DNA from: Auanema rhodensis
Lineage: Eukaryota; Animalia; Nematoda
NCBI GenBank assembly: GCA_964057225.1
Contig: OZ059897.1
Span: 4,216,001 to 4,280,000, forward strand
DNA: 64,000 nt
Direction of reading: 5' to 3'
Position numbers and translations under genes: made by a program. How positions within the stretch are numbered: the first letter of the stretch is position 1; every line of letters starts with the position of its first letter. Below the pieces are notes generated by a model that was given only the letters and a program-made list of their open reading frames with translations, did not search any database and had not been told where the DNA came from. Shown here one piece after another: positions 1 to 11,000 of the stretch.

Positions 1-700
1 TCGGGAAAATTTTTGTCACAATGTTTTTGGAAGCAATGTTGAGTGTACATGGGAACTCAGCATACACTAATGCATTATTTTTCAAACGATCATAACTAAT
101 TTTTGTATGGAGCGTTTTTCAATGTAGTATAGTGCATTCGATGCGGATTTTTAAGCTGCGTTGATCTGTGTTATCAGATTTGCGCTAGCTTAAAAATGCA
201 CCGAGTAATCAACTGATATAGGTTCACACTTATATCCTCGATTTTCACCCTGAAGAATTAATTTTTTCGTTGAATAACATTGTCCATCGTCTTTGCCTTG
301 AAAAAAAAATCTAAAAACTCCTACTTTTTGTGAAATTATTTAGAAATTTTTCGGGAAAATTTTTGTCACAATGTTTTTGGAAGCAATGTTGAGTGTACAT
401 GGGAACTCAGCATACACTAATGCATTATTTTTCAAACGATCATAACTAATTTTTGTATGGAGCGTTTTTCAATGTAGTATAGTGCATTCGATGCGGATTT
501 TTAAGCTGCGTTGATCTGTGTTATCAGATTTGCGCTAGCTTAAAAATGCACCGAGTAATCAACTGATATAGGTTCACACTTATATCCTCGATTTTCACCC
601 TGAAGAATTAATTTTTTCGTTGAATAACATTGTCCATCGTCTTTGCCTTGAAAAAAAAATCTAAAAACTCCTACTTTTTGTGAAATTATTTAGAAATTTT
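1..700. repeat. Two identical 350-bp A-type monomers
   Basis: 1-350 and 351-700 read identically. Both have a 9-A run in place of the 10-nt AAAAAAGAAA and the CGTTTTTCAATG variant. Confidence 0.9.
138..204. other. Large imperfect inverted repeat present in every monomer (representative copy)
   Basis: Pairings TCGATGC/GCACCGA (6 of 7), ATTTTTAAGCT 147-157/AGCTTAAAAAT 187-197 (11 of 11), GCG/CGC and ATCTG 164-168/CAGAT 175-179, around a 6-nt loop TGTTAT. Confidence 0.9.
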
Positions 701-3700
701 TCGGGAAAATTTTTGTCACAATGTTTTTGGAAGCAATGTTGAGTGTACATGGGAACTCAGCATACACTAATGCATTATTTTTCAAACGATCATAACTAAT
801 TTTTGTATAGAGCGTTTCTCAATGTAGTATAGTGCATTCGATGCGGATTTTTAAGCTGCGTCGATCTGTGTTATCAGATTTGAGTTAGCTTAAAAATGCA
901 CCGAGATATCAACTGATATATGTTCACACTTATATCCTCGATTTTCACCCTGAAGAAATGATTTTTTCGTTGAAAAACATTGTCCATCGTATTCGTCTTG
1001 AAAAAAAGAATCTAAAAACATCTACTTTTTGTGAAATTATTCAGAAAATTTTCGGGAAAATTTTTGTCAAAATGTTTTTGGAAGCAATGTTGAGTGTACA
1101 TGGGAACTCAACATACACTAATGCATTATTTTTCAAACGATCATAACTAATTTTTGTATGGAGCGTTTCTCAATGTAGTATAGTGCATTCGATGCGGATT
1201 TTTAAGCTGCGTTGATCTGTGTTATCAGATTTGCGCTAGCTTAAAAATGCACCGAGTAATCAACTGATATAGGTTCACACTTATATCCTCGATTTTCACC
1301 CTGAAGAATTAATTTTTTCGTTGAATAACATTGTCCATCATCTTTGCCTTGAAAAAAGAAATCTAAAAACTCCTACTTTTTGTGAAATTATTTAGAAATT
1401 TTTCGGGAAAATTTTTGTCACAATGTTTTTGGAAGCAATGTTGAGTGTACATGGGAACTCAACATACACTAATGCATTATTTTTCAAACGATCATAACTA
1501 ATTTTTGTATAGAGCGTTTCTCAATGTAGTATAGTGCATTCGATGCGGATTTTTAAGCTGCGTCGATCTGTGTTATCAGATTTGAGTTAGCTTAAAAATG
1601 CACCGAGATATCAACTGATATATGTTCACACTTATATCCTCGATTTTCACCCTGAAGAAATGATTTTTTCGTTGAAAAACATTGTCCATCGTATTCGTCT
1701 TGAAAAAAAGAATCTAAAAACATCTACTTTTTGTGAAATTATTCAGAAAATTTTCGGGAAAATTTTTGTCAAAATGTTTTTGGAAGCAATGTTGAGTGTA
1801 CATGGGAACTCAACATACACTAATGCATTATTTTTCAAACGATCATAACTAATTTTTGTATGGAGCGTTTCTCAATGTAGTATAGTGCATTCGATGCGGA
1901 TTTTTAAGCTGCGTTGATCTGTGTTATCAGATTTGCGCTAGCTTAAAAATGCACCGAGTAATCAACTGATATAGGTTCACACTTATATCCTCGATTTTCA
2001 CCCTGAAGAATTAATTTTTTCGTTGAATAACATTGTCCATCATCTTTGCCTTGAAAAAAGAAATCTAAAAACTCCTACTTTTTGTGAAATTATTTAGAAA
2101 TTTTTCGGGAAAATTTTTGTCACAATGTTTTTGGAAGCAATGTTGAGTGTACATGGGAACTCAGCATACACTAATGCATTATTTTTCAAACGATCATAAC
2201 TAATTTTTGTATAGAGCGTTTCTCAATGTAGTATAGTGCATTCGATGCGGATTTTTAAGCTGCGTCGATCTGTGTTATCAGATTTGAGTTAGCTTAAAAA
2301 TGCACCGAGATATCAACTGATATATGTTCACACTTATATCCTCGATTTTCACCCTGAAGAAATGATTTTTTCGTTGAAAAACATTGTCCATCGTATTCGT
2401 CTTGAAAAAAAGAATCTAAAAACATCTACTTTTTGTGAAATTATTCAGAAAATTTTCGGGAAAATTTTTGTCAAAATGTTTTTGGAAGCAATGTTGAGTG
2501 TACATGGGAACTCAACATACACTAATGCATTATTTTTCAAACGATCATAACTAATTTTTGTATGGAGCGTTTCTCAATGTAGTATAGTGCATTCGATGCG
2601 GATTTTTAAGCTGCGTTGATCTGTGTTATCAGATTTGCGCTAGCTTAAAAATGCACCGAGTAATCAACTGATATAGGTTCACACTTATATCCTCGATTTT
2701 CACCCTGAAGAATTAATTTTTTCGTTGAATAACATTGTCCATCATCTTTGCCTTGAAAAAAGAAATCTAAAAACTCCTACTTTTTGTGAAATTATTTAGA
2801 AATTTTTCGGGAAAATTTTTGTCACAATGTTTTTGGAAGCAATGTTGAGTGTACATGGGAACTCAGCATACACTAATGCATTATTTTTCAAACGATCATA
2901 ACTAATTTTTGTATAGAGCGTTTCTCAATGTAGTATAGTGCATTCGATGCGGATTTTTAAGCTGCGTCGATCTGTGTTATCAGATTTGAGTTAGCTTAAA
3001 AATGCACCGAGATATCAACTGATATATGTTCACACTTATATCCTCGATTTTCACCCTGAAGAAATGATTTTTTCGTTGAAAAACATTGTCCATCGTATTC
3101 GTCTTGAAAAAAAGAATCTAAAAACATCTACTTTTTGTGAAATTATTCAGAAAATTTTCGGGAAAATTTTTGTCAAAATGTTTTTGGAAGCAATGTTGAG
3201 TGTACATGGGAACTCAACATACACTAATGCATTATTTTTCAAACGATCATAACTAATTTTTGTATGGAGCGTTTCTCAATGTAGTATAGTGCATTCGATG
3301 CGGATTTTTAAGCTGCGTTGATCTGTGTTATCAGATTTGCGCTAGCTTAAAAATGCACCGAGTAATCAACTGATATAGGTTCACACTTATATCCTCGATT
3401 TTCACCCTGAAGAATTAATTTTTTCGTTGAATAACATTGTCCATCATCTTTGCCTTGAAAAAAGAAATCTAAAAACTCCTACTTTTTGTGAAATTATTTA
3501 GAAATTTTTCGGGAAAATTTTTGTCACAATGTTTTTGGAAGCAATGTTGAGTGTACATGGGAACTCAGCATACACTAATGCATTATTTTTCAAACGATCA
3601 TAACTAATTTTTGTATAGAGCGTTTCTCAATGTAGTATAGTGCATTCGATGCGGATTTTTAAGCTGCGTCGATCTGTGTTATCAGATTTGAGTTAGCTTA

Positions 3701-4910
3701 AAAATGCACCGAGATATCAACTGATATATGTTCACACTTATATCCTCGATTTTCACCCTGAAGAAATGATTTTTTCGTTGAAAAACATTGTCCATCGTAT
3801 TCGTCTTGAAAAAAAGAATCTAAAAACATCTACTTTTTGTGAAATTATTCAGAAAATTTTCGGGAAAATTTTTGTCAAAATGTTTTTGGAAGCAATGTTG
3901 AGTGTACATGGGAACTCAACATACACTAATGCATTATTTTTCAAACGATCATAACTAATTTTTGTATGGAGCGTTTCTCAATGTAGTATAGTGCATTCGA
4001 TGCGGATTTTTAAGCTGCGTTGATCTGTGTTATCAGATTTGCGCTAGCTTAAAAATGCACCGAGTAATCAACTGATATAGGTTCACACTTATATCCTCGA
4101 TTTTCACCCTGAAGAATTAATTTTTTCGTTGAATAACATTGTCCATCATCTTTGCCTTGAAAAAAGAAATCTAAAAACTCCTACTTTTTGTGAAATTATT
4201 TAGAAATTTTTCGGGAAAATTTTTGTCACAATGTTTTTGGAAGCAATGTTGAGTGTACATGGGAACTCAGCATACACTAATGCATTATTTTTCAAACGAT
4301 CATAACTAATTTTTGTATAGAGCGTTTCTCAATGTAGTATAATGCATTCGATGCGGATTTTTAAGCTGCGTCGATCTGTGTTATCAGATTTGAGTTAGCT
4401 TAAAAATGCACCGAGATATCAACTGATATATGTTCACACTTATATCCTCGATTTTCACCCTGAAGAAATGATTTTTTCGTTGAAAAACATTGTCCATCGT
4501 ATTCGTCTTGAAAAAAAGAATCTAAAAACATCTACTTTTTGTGAAATTATTCAGAAATTTTTCGGGAAAATTTTTGTCAAAATGTTTTTGGAAGCAATGT
4601 TGAGTGTACATGGGAACTCAACATACACTAATGCATTATTTTCAAACGATCATAACTAATTTTTGTATGGAGCGTTTCTCAATGTAGTATAGTGCATTCG
4701 ATGCGGATTTTTGAGCTGCGTTGATCTGTGTTATCAGATTTGCGCTAGCTTAAAAATGCACCGAGTAATCAACTGATATAGGTTCACACTTATATCCTCG
4801 ATTTTCACCCTGAAGAATTAATTTTTTCGTTGAATAACATTGTCCATCGTCTTTGCCTTGAAAAAAGAAATCTAAAAACTCCTACTTTTTGTGAAATTAT
4901 TTAGAAATTT
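701..4910. repeat. 2-mer HOR domain 1 (702 bp, alternating B/A, ~6 copies)
   Basis: ORF-open B monomers at 958, 1660, 2362, 3064, 3766 and 4468 (step 702). Markers CATCATCTTTG and CAGAAAATTTTCGG recur every 702 bp. Confidence 0.93.
1087..1114. other. 9-bp stem-loop present in every monomer (representative perfect copy)
   Basis: ATGTTGAGT, a 10-nt loop, then ACTCAACAT. The alternative allele ACTCAGCAT (e.g. 36-63) gives one G-T pair. It is followed by the palindrome TAATGCATTA. Confidence 0.9.
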
Positions 4911-7289
4911 TTCGGGAAAATTTTTGTCACAATGTTTTTGGAAGCAATGTTGAGTGTACATGGGAACTCAGCATACACTAATGCATTATTTTTCAAACGA
5001 TCATAACTAATTTTTGTATAGAGCGTTTCTCAATGTAGTATAGTGCATTCGATGCGGATTTTTAAGCTGCGTCGATCTGTGTTATCAGATTTGAGTTAGC
5101 TTAAAAATGCACCGAGATATCAACTGATATATGTTCACACTTATATCCTCGATTTTCACCCTGAAGAATTATATTTTTCGTTGAATAACATTGTCCATCG
5201 TCTTAGCCTTGAAAAAAGGAATCTAAAAACATTTACTTTTTGCGAAATTATTCAGAAATTTTTCGGGAAAATTTTTGTCAAAATGTTTTTCGAAGCAATG
5301 TTGAGTGTACATGGGAACTCAGCATACACTAATGCATTATTTTTCAAACGATCATAACTAATTTTTGTATAAAGCGTTTCTCAATGTAGTATAGTGCATT
5401 TGATGCGGATTTTTAAGCTGCGTCGATATGTGTTATCAGATTTGAGTTAGCTTAAAAATGCACCGAGATATCAACTGATATATGTTCACACTTATATCCT
5501 CGATTTTCACCCTGAAGAAATGATTTTTTCGTTGAATAACATTGTCCATCGTCTTCGTCTTGAAAAAAGGAATCTAAAAACATCTACTTTTTGTGAAATT
5601 ATTTAGAAATTTTTCGGGAAAATTTTTGTCAAAATGTTTTTGGAAGCAATGTTGAGTGTACATGGGAACTCAACATACACTAATGCATTATTTTTCATAC
5701 GATCATAACTAAATTTTGTATAAAGCGTTTCTCAATGTAGTATAGTGCATTCGATGCGGATTTTTAAGCTGCGTTGATCTGTGTTATCAGATTTGAGTTA
5801 ACTTAAAAATGCACCGAGATATCAACTGATATATGTTCACACTTATATCCTCGATTTTCACCCTGAAGAAATGATTTTTTTGTTGAAAAACATTGTCCAT
5901 CGTATTCGTCTTGAAAAAAGGAATCTAAAAACATCTACTTTTTGTGAAATTATTTAGAAATTTTTCGGGAAAATTTTTGTCAAAATGTTTTTGGAAGCAA
6001 TGTTGAGTGTACATGGGAACTCAGCATACACTAATGCATTCTTTTTCAAACGATCATAACTAATTTTTGTATAGAGCGTTTCTCAATGTAGTATAGTTCA
6101 TTCGATGCGGATTTTTAAGCTGCGTCGATCTGTGTTATCAGATTTGAGTTAGCTTAAAAATGCACCGAGATATCAACTGATATATGTTCACACTTATATC
6201 CTCGATTTTCACCCTGAAGAAATGATTTTTTCGTTAACAAACATTGTCCATCGTATTCGTCTTGAAAAAAGGAATCTAAAAACATCTACTTTTTGTGAAA
6301 TTATTTAGAAATTTTTCGGGAAAATTTTTGTCAAAATGTTTTTGGAAGCAATGTTGAGTGTACATGGGAACTCAACATACACTAATGCATTATTTTTCAA
6401 ACGATCATAACTAATTTTTGTATAGAGCGTTTCTCAATGTAGTATAGTGCATTCGAAGCGGATTTTTAAGCTGCGTCGATCTGTGTTATCAGATTTGCGC
6501 TAGCTTAAAAATGCACCGAGTAATCAACTGATATAGGTTCACACTTATATCCTCGATTTTCACCCTGAAGAATTAATTTTTTCGTTGAATAACATTGTCC
6601 ATCGTCTTTGCCTTGAAAAAAGAAATCTAAAAACTCCTACTTTTTGTGAAATTATTTAGAAATTTTTCGGGAAAATTTTTGTCAAAATGTTTTTGGAAGC
6701 AATGTTGAGTGTACATGGGAACTCAGCATACACTAATGCATTATTTTTCAAACGATCATAACTAATTTTAGTATAGAGCGTTTCTCAATGTAGTATAGTT
6801 CATTCGATGCGGATTTTTAAGCTGCGTCGATCTGTGTTATCAGATTTGAGTTAGCTTAAAAATGCACCGAGATATCAACTGATATATGTTCACACTTATA
6901 TCCTCGATTTTCACCCTGAAGAAATGATTTTTTCGTTAACAAACATTGTCCATCGTATTCGTCTTGAAAAAAGGAATCTAAAAACATCTACTTTTTGTGA
7001 AATTATTTAGAAATTTTTCGGGAAAATTTTTGTCAAAATGTTTTTGGAAGCAATGTTGAGTGTACATGGGAACTCAACATACACTAATGCATTATTTTTC
7101 AAACGATCATAACTAATTTTTGTATAGAGCGTTTCTCAATGTAGTATAGTGCATTCGATGCGGATTTTTAAGCTGCGTCGATCTGTGTTATCAGATTTGC
7201 GCTAGCTTAAAAATGCACCGAGTAATCAACTGATATAGGTTCACACTTATATCCTCGATTTTCACCCTGAAGAATTAATTTTTTCGTTG

Positions 7290-10200
7290 AATAACATTGT
7301 CCATCGTCTTCGTCTTGAAAAAAGGAATCTAAAAACATCTACTTTTTGTGAAATTATTTAGAAATTTTTCGGGAAAATTTTTGTCAAAATGTTTTTGGAA
7401 GCAATGTTGAGTGTACATGGGAACTCAACATACACTAATGCATTATTTTTCATACGATCATAACTAATTTTTGTATAAAGCGTTTCTCAATGTAGTATAG
7501 TGCATTCGATGCGGATTTTTAAGCTGCGTCGATCTGTGTTATCAGATTTGCGCTAGCTTAAAAATGCACCGAGTAATCAACTGATATAGGTTCACACTTA
7601 TATCCTCGATTTTCACCCTGAAGAATTAATTTTTTCGTTGAATAACATTGTCCATCGTCTTTGCCTTGAAAAAAGAAATCTAAAAACTCCTACTTTTTGT
7701 GAAATTATTAAGAAATTTTTCGGGAAAATTTTTGTCACAATGTTTTTGGAAGCAATGTTGAGTGTACATGGGAACTCAGCATACACTAATGCATTATTTT
7801 TCGAACGATCATAACTAATTTTTGTATAGAGCGTTTCTCAATGTAGTATAGTGCATTCGATGCGGATTTTTAAGCTGCGTCGATCTGTGTTATCAGATTT
7901 GCGCTAGCTTAAAAATGCACCGAGTAATCAACTGATATAGGTTCACACTTATATCCTCGATTTTCACCCTGAAGAAATGATTTTTTCGTTGAATAACATT
8001 GTCCATCGTCTTCGTCTTGAAAAAAGGAATCTAAAAACATCTACTTTTTGTGAAATTATTTAGAAATTTTTCGGGAAAATTTTTGTCAAAATGTTTTTGG
8101 AAGCAATGTTGAGTGTACATGGGAACTCAACATACACTAATGCATTATTTTTCATACGATCATAACTAATTTTTGTATAAAGCGTTTCTCAATGTAGTAT
8201 AGTGCATTCGATGCGGATTTTTAAGCTGCGTCGATCTGTGTTATCAGATTTGCGCTAGCTTAAAAATGCACCGAGTAATCAACTGATATAGGTTCACACT
8301 TATATCCTCGATTTTCACCCTGAAGAATTAATTTTTTCGTTGAATAACATTGTCCATCGTCTTTGCCTTGAAAAAAGAAATCTAAAAACTCCTACTTTTT
8401 GTGAAATTATTAAGAAATTTTTCGGGAAAATTTTTGTCACAATGTTTTTGGAAGCAATGTTGAGTGTACATGGGAACTCAGCATACACTAATGCATTATT
8501 TTTCGAACGATCATAACTAATTTTTGTATAGAGCGTTTCTCAATGTAGTATAGTGCATTCGATGCGGATTTTTAAGCTGCGTCGATCTGTGTTATCAGAT
8601 TTGCGCTAGCTTAAAAATGCACCGAGTAATCAACTGATATAGGTTCACACTTATATCCTCGATTTTCACCCTGAAGAAATGATTTTTTCGTTGAATAACA
8701 TTGTCCATCGTCTTCGTCTTGAAAAAAGGAATCTAAAAACATCTACTTTTTGTGAAATTATTTAGAAATTTTTCGGGAAAATTTTTGTCAAAATGTTTTT
8801 GGAAGCAATGTTGAGTGTACATGGGAACTCAACATACACTAATGCATTATTTTTCATACGATCATAACTAATTTTTGTATAAAGCGTTTCTCAATGTAGT
8901 ATAGTGCATTCGATGCGGATTTTTAAGCTGCGTCGATCTGTGTTATCAGATTTGCGCTAGCTTAAAAATGCACCGAGTAATCAACTGATATAGGTTCACA
9001 CTTATATCCTCGATTTTCACCCTGAAGAATTAATTTTTTCGTTGAATAACATTGTCCATCGTCTTTGCCTTGAAAAAAGAAATCTAAAAACTCCTACTTT
9101 TTGTGAAATTATTAAGAAATTTTTCGGGAAAATTTTTGTCACAATGTTTTTGGAAGCAATGTTGAGTGTACATGGGAACTCAGCATACACTAATGCATTA
9201 TTTTTCGAACGATCATAACTAATTTTTGTATAGAGCGTTTCTCAATGTAGTATAGTGCATTCGATGCGGATTTTTAAGCTGCGTCGATCTGTGTTATCAG
9301 ATTTGCGCTAGCTTAAAAATGCACCGAGTAATCAACTGATATAGGTTCACACTTATATCCTCGATTTTCACCCTGAAGAAATGATTTTTTCGTTGAATAA
9401 CATTGTCCATCGTCTTCGTCTTGAAAAAAGGAATCTAAAAACATCTACTTTTTGTGAAATTATTTAGAAATTTTTCGGGAAAATTTTTGTCAAAATGTTT
9501 TTGGAAGCAATGTTGAGTGTACATGGGAACTCAACATACACTAATGCATTATTTTTCATACGATCATAACTAATTTTTGTATAAAGCGTTTCTCAATGTA
9601 GTATAGTGCATTCGATGCGGATTTTTAAGCTGCGTCGATCTGTGTTATCAGATTTGCGCTAGCTTAAAAATGCACCGAGTAATCAACTGATATAGGTTCA
9701 CACTTATATCCTCGATTTTCACCCTGAAGAATTAATTTTTTCGTTGAATAACATTGTCCATCGTCTTTGCCTTGAAAAAAGAAATCTAAAAACTCCTACT
9801 TTTTGTGAAATTATTAAGAAATTTTTCGGGAAAATTTTTGTCACAATGTTTTTGGAAGCAATGTTGAGTGTACATGGGAACTCAGCATACACTAATGCAT
9901 TATTTTTCGAACGATCATAACTAATTTTTGTATAGAGCGTTTCTCAATGTAGTATAGTGCATTCGATGCGGATTTTTAAGCTGCGTCGATCTGTGTTATC
10001 AGATTTGCGCTAGCTTAAAAATGCACCGAGTAATCAACTGATATAGGTTCACACTTATATCCTCGATTTTCACCCTGAAGAAATGATTTTTTCGTTGAAT
10101 AACATTGTCCATCGTCTTCGTCTTGAAAAAAGGAATCTAAAAACATCTACTTTTTGTGAAATTATTTAGAAATTTTTCGGGAAAATTTTTGTCAAAATGT

Positions 10201-11000
10201 TTTTGGAAGCAATGTTGAGTGTACATGGGAACTCAACATACACTAATGCATTATTTTTCATACGATCATAACTAATTTTTGTATAAAGCGTTTCTCAATG
10301 TAGTATAGTGCATTCGATGCGGATTTTTAAGCTGCGTCGATCTGTGTTATCAGATTTGCGCTAGCTTAAAAATGCACCGAGTAATCAACTGATATAGGTT
10401 CACACTTATATCCTCGATTTTCACCCTGAAGAATTAATTTTTTCGTTGAATAACATTGTCCATCGTCTTTGCCTTGAAAAAAGAAATCTAAAAACTCCTA
10501 CTTTTTGTGAAATTATTAAGAAATTTTTCGGGAAAATTTTTGTCACAATGTTTTTGGAAGCAATGTTGAGTGTACATGGGAACTCAGCATACACTAATGC
10601 ATTATTTTTCGAACGATCATAACTAATTTTTGTATAGAGCGTTTCTCAATGTAGTATAGTGCATTCGATGCGGATTTTTAAGCTGCGTCGATCTGTGTTA
10701 TCAGATTTGCGCTAGCTTAAAAATGCACCGAGTAATCAACTGATATAGGTTCACACTTATATCCTCGATTTTCACCCTGAAGAAATGATTTTTTCGTTGA
10801 ATAACATTGTCCATCGTCTTCGTCTTGAAAAAAGGAATCTAAAAACATCTACTTTTTGTGAAATTATTTAGAAATTTTTCGGGAAAATTTTTGTCAAAAT
10901 GTTTTTGGAAGCAATGTTGAGTGTACATGGGAACTCAACATACACTAATGCATTATTTTTCATACGATCATAACTAATTTTTGTATAAAGCGTTTCTCAA
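7290..11000. repeat. 2-mer HOR domain 2 (702 bp, ~5.5 copies), with markers distinct from domain 1
   Basis: TTCATACGAT at ~7451, 8153, 8855, 9557, 10259, 10961 alternates with TTCGAACGAT at ~7802, 8504, 9206, 9908, 10610. Also carries CTTCGTCTT, TAAAGCG and ATTAAGAAA. Confidence 0.9.

Noticed and set aside
138-204. Rho-independent terminator
   Set aside because: The stem is AT-rich, long and imperfect, lacks a properly placed U-tract, and has no gene context.
1-350. Monomer as an ancient dimer of ~175 bp
   Set aside because: The two halves show no alignable similarity by eye, only short shared words such as TTTTTGT.
1-350. 5S rDNA, tRNA, snRNA or spliced-leader tandem unit
   Set aside because: No recognisable 5S, cloverleaf, A/B-box or snRNA sequence is seen. 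An Infernal/Rfam scan would be the formal test.
1-350. Identity with a known ~350-360 bp satellite (Drosophila 359-bp/1.688, Tribolium satellites, dimeric alpha satellite)
   Set aside because: Only length and AT-richness are similar. I recognise no sequence match and cannot run a search.
965-981. CENP-B box-like motif TTTCGTTGAAAAACATT
   Set aside because: It matches only the TTCG....A half of NTTCGNNNNANNCGGGN. The CGGG is missing here and occurs separately ~75 bp downstream.
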